Below are positions 23,066 through 35,395 of a stretch of DNA of 64,000 nt, piece after piece. The stretch covers positions 2,418,001-2,482,000 of the forward strand of contig JBNJNM010000012.1 of assembly GCA_052426225.1 (NCBI GenBank), in the 5' to 3' direction. This DNA comes from Zancudomyces culisetae HAW-14-8 (Eukaryota > Fungi > Kickxellomycota). Below the pieces are notes generated by a model. It was not told the DNA's origin and did no database searches. It worked only from the letters and a program-made list of their open reading frames with translations. Position 1 is the first letter of the stretch. Each line of letters starts with the position of its first letter. A program made the translations under genes and the position numbers.

Positions 23066-25779
23066 CTTGTCTTTTCTCTTTGAAACCCTATTGTCGCTCA
23101 CTTATGATATCGCTTTTAAGGCTTTCATATATAATACAAGGTGATTAGTATCAACTTGGTGTTTAAATATTTGGTGTAAAATTTAAGAGGCGAAAAAGAG
23201 GGGCTTCTTTCAATGAAATTGGAATTAATACCTTATCCAAATTAGAAGCAAATAAAAGCGAGGGAAGGGAAAGAAACATTGTGCTTTGAAATTCAGATAA
23301 AATTATTCCATTTTATGTAACATTTGCGCTCACCTCCAAAACTAACATCTAAAAAAAAAGAGTAAGGAATAATGCTAGCAGCTATTTTTCTATGTGTGGT
23401 CGTTAATTAAAAGATGGCAATTTTGGTGCCTGGCTAATTGAGCGTGTACAGAGTGATGAATATTGTTGTTTTGTTGGTGATAAATGAAAATGCATAAAAC
23501 AATAATAATAATAATAGAAATAATAGTAATAATAACGAACTTTCTAGGGTAATTATAAATGCTAATATTGCGTTATGAACACTTTACTTTTTTACTTATT
23601 TTTTGTAGTGGTTATATGGCGATAGAAAGGCCAATCATATTAATCATTGGCGCTAGTAGAAATCAAATGGTGGTATATTTTACTTATTGGCAACATATTT
23701 TGTTATTACTTTACATGTTTAAAATAAAACTCGTCAAAGGTGCAGCTCATTTGTTATTGAACTCCCACCACCCTCTTCACTGAGCCCAGTTATTTTGTCC
23801 ATTTGTTCAACACGTTTTTTTTTCTTTTCTCTTCAGGCCATGATAGAGAATGGATGGTTGGGAGGTGCGATAAGCTAATTGCGGTCTAAATATAAACGAT
23901 CTGTAGCGCCACCTACGCCTCTCCGAATCACCACTATTCTCTACTACCCGTACAAGGCTAACTAAGAGCTAGTTGTGATCTTTTGTCTTTCGCTTCAAAC
24001 AGTAGCAGACCAGCATCCAACTATTTGCTTTTAGTTCATTAATATTTATTTATCTTTAAATAGATTACCTAACAGTCAAACTGATGTATATCTAATTGGA
24101 AAGCTCTCTTAAAACTACCCACTTAGAGCAAATTCTATAATAAAAAATATTTTTTTATCTTGCCCAATAATTATCTGATTAATCCAAATCGTCGATTTAT
24201 CTTTAGGGGAAAATAGTTGGAGGTCTTGGAAACATGAGATAAAAGAAACTCGCTTTTAGTAGGTTTCTCCCCCCCACTTTTGATTTTTTAATTTTTCCTC
24301 CTCCCATAAACTTGATTAACGTAGCCGAAAAAAAAATTACTCAAAATCACTCAGACAAGGCCTGTTTTTTAAGGCGCCTAAAAAAAAAAACAAAAAACCT
24401 ACTAGTTAAAGCAATAGCCAAGACCTTTTTAACTTGTGATCTATTTGCTTCCGCCTGAATTATCATTCAACATTGATAGACACTAATAGATAGAACAACA
24501 TTCTATACGAAACGATATACACTTACTCAATACCTAATTGCTAATTGATTGTATAAATGGCCAGACAAATTAGATCACCTGGGCAGTCGATAGATCGGAG
24601 GATCTCTACAGTTCCATTCCAATATTGGAACCCAATGTCATCTTGAAAGCCTTAAATGAGCATAGGGGAAGAATTAATCTTCCTAAATCCAGGGCAATTT
24701 CGATCACTAACAAGGATTCAAGGTATTTATGTATACGATTCATTCCATTTTATCTTGGATTTTTTAAACGACTCAATCAAGTTAGAGTCATAGCATACCC
24801 AAACGTATATTTGTTCTTGGAAGTAATTGTGATCTAAAGGGATCCACATTACGAAATATCAGAGAAATCGAGCAGCACAATGCATGCAATAAATCAGTAT
24901 TGAAATACTATATACTAAATATCTAAAATAAATCAAATGATACTCATAGCTACTTTGTTATCAAACTACTACATATGACGGGAGGGAAGAGCGATCATAC
25001 AAAGATTTTGTCGCCAACTTTCAGGTTATGCACACATTTCAGCTAGGTATAGCCAGGAAAGAAACCATCAACTTTTACTTTGCAGCAGTTTTTCCGCGAT
25101 TGATCGGGGGTAAATAAAAATCCGTATTTTATTTAATGATCCTATTATGCTTATTTATCTACATAGTAGTTACTATTTATATATACTTACAATACAGTAA
25201 AGTAACAACAAAAGGAAAAGAGGTATAAAGAGGATTCACAAAAAGAATATAGACTCTATTGATGGAACTATGGATTAGAGAAGGTAATCTGCAAGGAAGG
25301 AGTACATTATTACTTTACACCAAATCTGGTTGATGAGGGATCAGGATTCAAGTAATGCAAAAGGATGAACATTCAGTGTTCAAGCAGAACCGAATACGAT
25401 GGATGGATGATTACATTGTAACTCAAAAATAACAAACCCAATCTGTTACAGAAGGAAAGGCGGTTTGCACTGAGCTACTTACAGTCAATCACAAAGGATG
25501 TCTGGGCTGCCGGAGCAGAGAGATATGGGACTAAAAGCCATATCCAAAATACCAGGAGCTGCCACATCTCAGGCAATTAGATATACCCAGATGACAATCC
25601 GTATGGGGTAGCACAAGCTCAAGGAACAAATATACTAACAGCCATCTACTGGCGCAAATCAGCAGCTAGTCGATGCCTGTGCAGAGCTACAAGTTCTCAA
25701 ATGCAAACGCAAGGACGACGCGACGCAGTGTGTACTGTCGGAACCAAAAATGATTCGCTCAGCTACGGTTACCTGAGCA

Positions 25780-26921
25780 CAGATCGAGACAACACCTTTA
25801 AACGTCAATGCTCTTGAAGAAAACTTGCTACCAGGATTATCGTTTTTGATTTCTGGTGATATCGACTATGCCCAGGGCGAAAATAAGTTAGGTGTTGGTT
25901 TTGCAACTAGGAGGCTAGAGGCAAGACGGCTTCTGGGTGAAGTCGTGAACATTTCTTTTATTTCCTTAACAATCCTTGAGGTTCCATTTTTTTTTGTTAT
26001 AGCGCTAATGTTCTCAGTACTGATTAATATACTCTTTATCTTCAAAGCATTCTCCTCCCTTTCCGCAGCAATTCCATTCGTACGCCATTTCGTGCCCACT
26101 ATTTGGATGTAGGCAGTGGCGATAAACGCCACGCCGAAAACAATTGTACCTCCGCCACGACGCTTTCCTATAGTGGTTACTGGGGAGTCGTCACCATGAC
26201 CCTGTAGGGGTGAGAGTATCGTTGGCCCTATAGAATGTATCCAGGGGTACGGTGGGTAACGGTCGGTGAGTAGTGAGTTTTCCTTCGACCACTATCTGGT
26301 CCATGTTAGATTATCTTCAGATGAATAGGTGACTATTCTCAACCAAGGAACATCAAACTGGATGACGTAACATCAGCACTACCAGTGATATCAACACAGC
26401 CGCAATTTGCTCCCAACTTCTACGCAATGCCAATACTGTCCACCTTTACGCTTTTAATTGGGTTTCCCTAACTGGGTACAACTGGAAAGAACCCTAAATG
26501 CTTTCAACACTCGAATATACTGTAAGGGTACCACTGTTTCTTTTTTTCCAATCACCACCAAAAAAAACATTTCTATAAATAACGGTAGCGTTGTGACCAA
26601 ATCAAATATATTGTTTCCCTTTAACACAAATCTTATCCGCTTATTACTCGAGTATAGTTTGAGAATATATTCTCCAAAAAACAGGATCGACAGCAACAAA
26701 TCGGCAACGAACAAACCTGCTACCCAAGCCTTGTTTGTATGTATTGTTGAAACTGTATGTAAACAATACAATCCTATGTATACCGTTACTGCTACAGCAT
26801 GAAGTAGCAAATAACCCTTGGGCTTCTGCATTTCTATTCTCTGATAAAAACTCCTTATAGCTTTTTTCAGCCTTCTTTCACTTTTTCCACCGCTTGGGCT
26901 TGATCCTAGTTCCATGTACAT
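25780..26921 (-). pseudogene. Six-TM voltage-gated K+ channel (Kv-like), broken by many indels (pseudogene or consensus error)
   Basis: S1-S4 in ORF 26454-26921 (FFGEYILKLY, NIFDLVTTLP, IRVLKAFRV); S5-like LALRRSWEQIAAVLISLVV, pore remnant G-HGDDSPVTTIGK and S6 TIVFGVAFIA in shifted frames; 3' end uncertain. Confidence 0.7.
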
Positions 26922-26970
26922 TTCGATTTTGATTTCGATTTCGGCTTCAAATTTGCTTTGACTCTTGGAG

Positions 26971-27060
26971 TTTGAGTTTGAGCTTGAGTTTGAGTTTGAG
27001 TTTGAGCTTGAGTTTGAGTTTGAGTTTGAGTTTGAGTTTGAGCTTGAGTTTGAGTTTGAG
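26971..27060. repeat. (TTTGAG)15 hexanucleotide repeat with 3 CTTGAG variants
   Basis: Directly visible; reads as (Asn-Ser)n in frame with the channel ORF on the minus strand. Confidence 0.95.
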
Positions 27061-28037
27061 TTTGGTTTTGGCTGTGGTCCGTTCTGCTTATGTTCTTAGC
27101 ACAGCTCTTTGTGTATTTTTCTTTCTTGGTGGTTTTTGTCTGTATGAGAATACATAAAAATATAACTGCGTTTTTGGCTTTCTTGTTAAATCCTGCTGCA
27201 AAAACACACAATTCCTGATATTGTTTATTTTTTTTTCATTTGTTTATTATTTTTTGTTCTGGGAATTCTGATTAGCCACAGATAATTCTGTTCGTGGACG
27301 CATATTCAAACCTCACACAATTTGTTACTAGACCTTAAAACGAACTAAAAAAATACAAAAACCACACATATTGACGAAAATTTCTGGGATTCTTCATATT
27401 GGAGGCTCAACCTTTATACTTGCAGGATTTTGCGGAATAGGAAATAGCATAGTTGTTACCAATACCAGCTTTAGAAAGGTAAGCTCATAGCAAACACAGT
27501 TGGAACAGAAAGTGGAGGGGGGGTGAGAGTCAAAAGAAAGAAGACTTGGAAGGATGGGACAGCGCGTTGTAAATATGGAAGCACGACTATCGATTTTATC
27601 TTACTCCATACCAACTTTTATCCATTTCCCGTCAAAACTCACCATATTCTCATTTGGATAATTTACTAGTCTTTGCAATTTTGATTCCAAAGGGATTTTG
27701 GCATTCAGAACAGTTTAATTTTAATTTTTAATTTTGTAAAGGCTATTTTGTACCAACCTTGAAAATTTGAATAAAAAAAATTTTTTTCAGTAAAGCAAGG
27801 TAGGGTTTGAAAAAAAAAAGCTAGCAACTTATTTGTTTATGGTTGGGGGGAAAAAAAATTACAACTACGATATTTACAAGTTCATTTTTTATTCTTCTAA
27901 CGAGGCACTGCCAATTTGCGACGGTTGACTCAAGATTACGAATTTAATTCATTCCTCAAGGAATTTAGAAAAAAAAGGCTAAAGATACATTAGTATTCTC
28001 TGGATTTGTAGGCAAAATCAATCAGTTATAGTAAATC

Positions 28038-29046
28038 ATGAGACCAATCTTATTAAAAGGGCATACCAGACCAATAACCCAAATCAAATACAACAGGGAA
28101 GGCGATCTCCTGTTCACAGTGGCGAAGGATATGGTTGTAAACGCATGGTATGCGCACAACGGCGAGCGGCTCGGAACATTCGATGGACACAAGGGATCAG
28201 TTTGGTCTATTGCTGTAGATTCAAGCTCCACATTGTTGGCCACCGGATCTGCAGATAACACTGCAAAGATTTGGCGAATTCGAGACGGCAAATGCTTAGA
28301 AACACTAGAATTCAATGCTGCAGTCAGAAAGGTGGAATTCAGCACCGATGACAAATATTTGAGCGTGATGTTGGATAACCATATGGGACAAAAGAGTGAA
28401 ATTTTTGTGTACAGAGTAGTAAGAAGCGGAAGTGGAAGCAGTGAAGTCTATAGGATGGTTAGACCAAATGTTGCTGAACATGGTAGAGCAACAGTCCAGG
28501 CCTGGGCCTACTACAATAAATATATAATTGTAGGACACGTTGATGGAACAGTCTGCCAATACGAATTCTCTCCATCTGATCAACAGCAATCCGGCTCACT
28601 AAAGCTTTTAAAGAGCAAGAAGATTCATAACGATGAAATCACCGACCTGCAATTCTCTGCCGATCGGTCTTACTTTATTCACATCTTCAAAGGACAAAAC
28701 TGCAAATCTTGTTGATGTAGAAACCCTGGATATTCTGAAAATCTACAAAAGTGATACATCACTAAACACTGCTGCTCTGGTTGCCAAGAAGGATTACATT
28801 GTAGTTGGTGGTGGTCAAGCTGCTAGTGAAGTAACTACCACTGGTGCTCGCCAAGGCAAATTCGAGGCCCGATTCTTCCATATGATCTTTGAGCATGAAA
28901 TTGGTCGTGTCAAGGGTCACTTCGGTCCCATTAACACACTTTCTGTTGAACCAAATGGTCTCGGCTACTCAAGTGGCGGAGAGGATGGTTTTGTTAGAAT
29001 TCACTACTTTGATGATGATTACTTTGGCTATAAATATGATTACTAA
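28038..29046 (+). CDS. TIF34: Translation initiation factor eIF3 subunit I (one extra base at ~28678)
   Basis: [26 protein letters not shown]...GKFEARFF...[12 protein letters not shown]...[10 protein letters not shown]; removing one T restores YFITSSKDK. Confidence 0.95.
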
Positions 29047-29652
29047 AATGTTTTATTGTTCTAGTCTCTCTTTTTTTATTATAATCTTATACTTTGTATC
29101 CTCCATTCATTTTTTTTTTTACCAGACATAAATTAGGTACAAACTTGTTTCAATGTCTCAACATACTAATTACCAAGGCCTATAAGATAGCTATGAGCAA
29201 TGTTAGTGTGTAGGCAATAATTTACACAGATAGATACGTTTATGACCATTCCATTGAGGTTCGGTATACGCAGCATATTGACTGGCTCTTGGAGTAAAAA
29301 GAAAAAATAGAAAAGAAAAATACAAAAGAGCTTCAACAGACTCATCCTGTTAGCTTTGAGGTTTACATCGTCTGTATACTTGAGTTAAGAGTGTATTGTT
29401 GAATATAACGAATCCCATTTGTTTAAACGTCGGGTTCAAGTTTATTAGGGTAAAATAATACCCTTTTGTTGGGAAACAATCCCTGTACCAAAATTAAAAT
29501 TATCAAAGCTATGTAATAACATCGTCACATTACCCTCAAATCAAACCAACTAAAGAAACTTTAAAATTCAAACTAGTCTCTTTCAGCCGTTATTTTTACA
29601 TTTGAAGCGTTAAAAAAAAATGATAGACTGCAGCGCTGGTGAACGTATTCAT

Positions 29653-30150
29653 CTAGTTCTGTATTGGAGTGTTAGGCACAAATGGTCCCGCAACAAATGA
29701 ACCAAGAAACTTTTCAAAAAATCCTGTACTGCGAGTTTTACTGTCTGAACTAGCATCTTCCGAATTTGGCACAGAACTTAACGTCGATTCTGGTTGTGGC
29801 GCTGTTTCTGATGGTAGCGCCGGTGGAGTTGATACTGGAGCCCCCTCGGAACTTGTAGCGCTGGGTATGTCTTGGTTGTTGTTTGGATCTTGTGTTGGTT
29901 GATCTCCCAAGCTGTCTTGAACACTCGAGTATGGTGGAGTTTCTGAGCTAATTGAGAATCGGAGTCTTTCTTTTACAGTTGTTTGTACATTCTCTGCGCT
30001 GTTTGGAATTATCATGTTAAAATCATCGTCATCTCTTTTTACTGGATTGTATCGTACACTCTCATCTTGCCCTATTATATTATTTCTTGCAAATTCCTCT
30101 GCAAATACTGATACTAATACGAATATCACTATTAAAAGTATTTTGTACAT
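29653..30150 (-). CDS. Secreted Ser/Thr/Pro-rich protein of unknown function
   Basis: Clear signal peptide MYKILLIVIFVLVSVFA, KR dibasic site, low-complexity body. Confidence 0.7.
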   Translation of the reverse strand: MYKILLIVIFVLVSVFAEEFARNNIIGQDESVRYNPVKRDDDDFNMIIPNSAENVQTTVKERLRFSISSETPPYSSVQDSLGDQPTQDPNNNQDIPSATSSEGAPVSTPPALPSETAPQPESTLSSVPNSEDASSDSKTRSTGFFEKFLGSFVAGPFVPNTPIQN

Positions 30151-32303
30151 TTATACTAATAGCTTTGAGTGTTGATGTATATATTGTGGTTGTTAGCTGT
30201 GTTAAATTTGCTATTGTTCCAAAGCTATGACTTGATAGTTAATGTGAGATTTAATGTATTATGACAAATATGATGTATGTAAATAAATGTTGTTATTAAT
30301 ATAAAACTATAAAATGGAAATGCTAGTATGTCATAATGGAATTTGAATGTATTATTGCAACCTTATATACAAAAATCTTGTATAAACTAATAGTGCCATC
30401 CGTTTTTAATTTAATATCATTTCATGTACACAAATACATTTTTGAGCACTAAACGCCTCATTACGTATCGTTGATTAGAGTATTTTCATTGAGAGGGAAA
30501 GGGGCAATATATTAAGCGTAGACTAATCCATAGTATAACGAGCTTGAATTGTGGATCACTCAGCAAAATGATCCAGTTTTTTGGGTTTTGATATAAGTAT
30601 AAATCTTCAGCATTTTGCATACAAAATAGAATTCGGTGATTGGGGATGAGCTACCTAGCTAGCTATTTCGCTGTGTAAGCGGCTAAAACTATGCATTTTT
30701 TTGTTTCTGCAAACTTTTCACAACTAAAACTGCTTAATGTGAATATTTTCAAACAGAATGCAGCTTTCTGGCATAGGCATACTACCAGATAATTATATAT
30801 ACGCATACACATACTCGTATACACGCAAAATGCACTTCGACTTTTGAGTAGAGCAGACAAATGACACTAACCCCTTCCCTATAAAAAAAAATGCTGTTTT
30901 TTCAATGTAAAAACTAGACGTAGAGATTAATATCACCATGATCTTACATTGGAATGCACCAAGTGATAAACTTAATAGATAAGCCCCTTTTTTTCGTAAA
31001 AAGTAAGGTTTTTTTACTGCACAAAAAATAAAATATTGTTTTACTCATGTCGAAACGATGTACGCATACGCCATGCACCCCTTCTCCATTTTGACCCGAA
31101 AAAATATTGGTAACGCAAAACAAAGCAAAAATCAAATGATTCCAGAATTGTGCCAAGCACATGTGATGATATTATGATAGTATTATCTTTGTGTGTCAGT
31201 GTATGTCAAAGATGACATTACATGACTCTCATAAATAAATGTTTGCTTTTTCCAAATAAATCACAGCAATGACCCTATATATTTATTGAAATGAACTATT
31301 CTTTTTGTAGTAATTAGTTTGAGATAGAACCATCAGAGTAAAACAACTTTACACTTTCTCACCACGACTACCGCTACCACTCCCAAAAAGAGTAAGGGCA
31401 GAGCAACAATGGAATGTGGTTAGAATCGCCTATTCACATCGCTAACTACGAAGCAAATCTGACTTGGACTGTTTATCTTTAAATAAACACCTTGAACGAG
31501 AAAGATAATGTATTATAGTTTATAGTACGCACTAATATATAGACATGAGAACGGATATTTCTCGTTAGCTGATGCATCCAGAATACTACCGTAACCACAG
31601 CTGGGAAGTTGTAGCGTCAATGGTTAGCACCGTTTAAAACCAATGAATATGTATATTTTCCATGTCGTTTATTGACAAAACCGGTTTATGAATATATTCA
31701 ACCTACTACCATTTACATTTGGGTTTTGTACCCCCTAGTAAAGGTCATAGAACTGAAAAATTTACACCAAAGCGCATATAGTTCTGGTAAAAGTAATATG
31801 GAGGACTACTAACTGTCATTTGTAAAAACATGTGAAGAAAATCTAGCTGCTCGTAGTAGAATATTGGTGGATGAAAGTGGCGGGTGTACAATTCACGAAT
31901 GGTTTATTTTTACACTTGTTTGTTGCGCGTGCATAAAATCAGGGAATCCCGTAAAGTGGTGCCAATTGGTCAAGCATTTGTGAGTAAATATTACAGCACG
32001 AATATTTTCTAGAACCTTGTGAAATGTAGTTTTATTGGGAGCTAGTATATTTTCTGCAATGGAGATATAAAACCTTAAACGTATAAACGCCAATAAGGTC
32101 AAAAAAGTATTGAATTCGAATCGGAATGTTTATCGGCTAACCCATTCAATAAAAGAAAATGAGCACAAAATTACAAATCAAGCATATCAAGGTATTGACG
32201 GTGTATTAGCATAATAACATAACAATAAAGCATTATTTACAAAAAAAAAGAGGTGTCAACACAATTAAATCAGCAGATTATAATAAATAAGGGCAAATTG
32301 AAA

Positions 32304-32762
32304 ATGAGCAGCAGTAATAACGACAAAAAAAAACGGGTCGAAGAGCCTAACACACAAAAAAAAGTATACAAGGAAGATTCTGCACTATTATCCAATAATA
32401 TAACACCAGATTCAGTAGCAACCATGAATGGAGGGACACCGAAAACCACCGAAATGGATAAGATGACTAGCGAGATACTTGGTAATGAGGGCACAAATAA
32501 GATCAACACAACAGGATATAATGGAGCTTTTATAGACGAAGAGCAAGATCCAATGGAAGGGATGCATATAGTGTATGTGAGAACTGATGGTAGCGGAACA
32601 TGTGTTGATGGGCGAGAGCATGAGTGGAGGGAATCGGGGTTAATAGGAGGCTTTTGCTGTGGAGCATCAATCTGCTTTAGAAATCTCGGAAGAATATGCT
32701 ATACTTCACACAAATGTGTAAAGTGTGGTATCAAGATTCAAAGAAGTAGCTTAGTAGCTTAA
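32304..32762 (+). CDS. Brain protein I3 (BRI3)/LITAF-like Cys-rich small membrane protein
   Basis: C-x5-H ... hydrophobic CCG..IC ... CxxC at the C-terminus; first ATG at 32304. Confidence 0.6.
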   Translation: MSSSNNDKKKRVEEPNTQKKVYKEDSALLSNNITPDSVATMNGGTPKTTEMDKMTSEILGNEGTNKINTTGYNGAFIDEEQDPMEGMHIVYVRTDGSGTCVDGREHEWRESGLIGGFCCGASICFRNLGRICYTSHKCVKCGIKIQRSSLVA

Positions 32763-32870
32763 AAGAAAAATGATATTGTTAAAAAACGTAGAAAGGAGAA
32801 AAAAAATACATACAAAGCTCAATAGACAAAAGACATGTACAAATATTTCAATTAAAATAAATAAAAAATG

Positions 32871-34838
32871 CTAAGATAAAAGATACGAGTATAGAGTAAC
32901 AGGAATATCTAACGATAAATAGTTGAGATAACAGAATAACAGGCTTGGTAGCGAGTAAATATACCTCAACAAAGGACTTGAAGCGTTGTAGTGAGATTGG
33001 TAGAATGAAAGGATATTTGATCTGGCAGAAGTGTATAAATACGCCAAACAATAGTGGGAGAGTATTAACCATGATTGGGTACAAGCGCGAGTTTGAGACG
33101 CAGGAGGGAGGTTTACAAATAGGGAACGGTCAATCAAACGCAACAAATCGTTAGTTTTTATGAGAAGGATTAGGTCGGGGGGTACTGCAGCCATTACCCT
33201 AGAAATATCGAAGAAGAATGTTTCAGACTGAGAAAGGATAGTTGTGGCATCAAATTTAGTGGCGCTTATATTTGTGCGAGAAAGGTTTCCGGACACAACA
33301 TTGTCCCAGCTCTGACCAGTAAGAATACAGGACAAAACAACATGCAGGTCAGCCTTATTTGATGAAGGGGGTATAAATCTACGAGATAAAAGATCAATTT
33401 GTTCTTTATCGCCGCGTAGTAGAGACGACCAAAGTCTGGCATAGTCTAATCGAAAATCGGGGCTCAAGCGGCGATAAAGACCGTGATCTAGTAGCACTAT
33501 TTCAAAATTTTCTCGTGGAGGAAAACCAAAGAAAGACCAGAACCAGCTCTTGGGGGGCACAGAAGGTCGGATGAGAAGATTTCCTGGATGAGGGTCACAG
33601 TGAACCAATCCATCGTTAAATGTCATTTCGCCAAAAATCCGTGCAATCTGTCGGCTAACTCTTGCAGGTTTGATATTGTGTCTATCCAGGCTTTCTATAT
33701 TATCTAGACGAAATCCCTCAATAAATTCCATTATTAAAACGCGAGGCGTAGCGCTTATCACACGAGGAATCTTAAGAGGTATATCTGTTCTATTTTTAAA
33801 GTTATTTTCAACTTGTTCAGCGTTGTTCTTTTCATTTACAAAATTCATTTCAATTGGAAGCGATTTTTTCATTTCATCAGCCAGCCACATGAATTGAAAC
33901 TCAGGAAACACTTTGTAGATCAGACGCACCAATGCCGACACAGTAATGATATCTACATGCGCATACTTACGAACATCCTGGTGCTGGACTTTGATTGCCA
34001 CTTCCTCTCCTGTCTCACGTAGCCGTCCGCGATGCACTTGCGCAAGGGACGCTACACCCAGTGGTTCAACCTCAATTTCACTAAATATTTCACTAGCCGG
34101 CCTTCCCATTTCGGCCTCAATCACTTTTTTGAGGGATTCAATACTCGACTGTTCGCAGCTATCCTGCAGTGGCTTCATTGTTTCGGTCCACTCCTCTGGC
34201 AGAATGTATGACATTGCTGAAATATGCTGTCCAAATTTTATATACACACCCCCGTTTTTCAGCATTCCCTCCCTAACTTTTTCGGCACATTTCAAATGCG
34301 TTTCTTTCCGCTGATTTATTCTTCTCAACTGCTCGTCAAGATCCTTCTCTGTAAAATTTACCAAAAGCTCGGGAAAATAAAAATAATAACGATTGATGAC
34401 GTATATCCCCACATCAATGGCCACTCCTATGCGACGCATTGACCATAAAGTGTTTTCCAACCTCCCCTTTTCACCACTTTGCTCATTCACATCTATTGCC
34501 ATAGGTTCTTCCAATTCTAGATCTTTTGAAAGTTGGAATGCCGCTACACTCATCAACATTAGCACACCGGCGGCTATAGTTTTTTTGGGTTTTCTACTTT
34601 TCGTTTTCGGACGACCATTTCCTTTTGTTTTTAAACTATTAAACCTTGGTATGCTCGTATAGCCTCTAGAAATCGCGTTATTTGTGTCAAGTTTCTGATT
34701 GTGATATTTGATTGTTGTACTATACGAGGATTTACATTTTGATCGTGTTATGGTTGTAAATGATGGCTTTGAAGTTATGAGAGAAACTGAATTTTTACCA
34801 TTTTTTACAAGGGTAGATATAAAATGTGGTCTGTACAT
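32871..34838 (-). CDS. ABC1/UbiB atypical kinase, ADCK1/Mcp2-like, mitochondrial
   Basis: GGVYIKFGQ, ASLAQVH, VAIKVQ, HCDPHPGN, LLDHG; basic presequence. Confidence 0.92.
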   Translation of the reverse strand: MYRPHFISTLVKNGKNSVSLITSKPSFTTITRSKCKSSYSTTIKYHNQKLDTNNAISRGYTSIPRFNSLKTKGNGRPKTKSRKPKKTIAAGVLMLMSVAAFQLSKDLELEEPMAIDVNEQSGEKGRLENTLWSMRRIGVAIDVGIYVINRYYFYFPELLVNFTEKDLDEQLRRINQRKETHLKCAEKVREGMLKNGGVYIKFGQHISAMSYILPEEWTETMKPLQDSCEQSSIESLKKVIEAEMGRPASEIFSEIEVEPLGVASLAQVHRGRLRETGEEVAIKVQHQDVRKYAHVDIITVSALVRLIYKVFPEFQFMWLADEMKKSLPIEMNFVNEKNNAEQVENNFKNRTDIPLKIPRVISATPRVLIMEFIEGFRLDNIESLDRHNIKPARVSRQIARIFGEMTFNDGLVHCDPHPGNLLIRPSVPPKSWFWSFFGFPPRENFEIVLLDHGLYRRLSPDFRLDYARLWSSLLRGDKEQIDLLSRRFIPPSSNKADLHVVLSCILTGQSWDNVVSGNLSRTNISATKFDATTILSQSETFFFDISRVMAAVPPDLILLIKTNDLLRLIDRSLFVNLPPASQTRACTQSWLILSHYCLAYLYTSARSNILSFYQSHYNASSPLLRYIYSLPSLLFCYLNYLSLDIPVTLYSYLLS

Positions 34839-35395
34839 CTCTCAAAGAATCTTTTAGACAAAGTAAGGTAATAAAATGGATTTGAAACCTTTTCTAAAAT
34901 CTATAAAGGTTTATTTCGTAAAGCATTGCATTAAAATAGTGAACATTCTCCATCAAATTAAGGTTTATCTAATAACCTTAAAGAAAAATGCACGATAACC
35001 CGGTCAAAAAAAAAATTTTTTTTCTCCAAACTAGGGGGAGTTCCATAAAACCAGTCAAAATCTTGTTATCAGTTAAAACATGCAAAGCAAACAAGAGAAA
35101 AGCAGATACTAGTTGTACACACAAGGTCACAATAAAAAAAAGAGATAAGCACATCAGGGCAAATCTCGCCGAGAAACTGGAACATAGGATGTCATTGATA
35201 TAGCATACAAATGCGGATTTATTCCTAATAAGAACATTATTGACCTTCATCTAAGAAAGATAATAAACACTTAAAGAAAGAGTTGTAAGACCCAAGTCAG
35301 AAAAGTAAAAGGTTCAACCAAAACAATAAATGAAGCAAAAGATAAAGGCTGGCAGTGGAAACCGGCTAATAAAAGAAGTATCACATCGGAAAAGT

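Noticed and set aside
28671-28690. Programmed frameshift in eIF3i
   Set aside because: No slippery heptamer or stimulatory structure; a single extra base next to an indel-rich region is best explained as error.
31608-31635. tRNA D-arm-like TAGCGTCAATGGTTAGCAC
   Set aside because: No anticodon stem, T-loop (GTTCRA) or acceptor stem follows.
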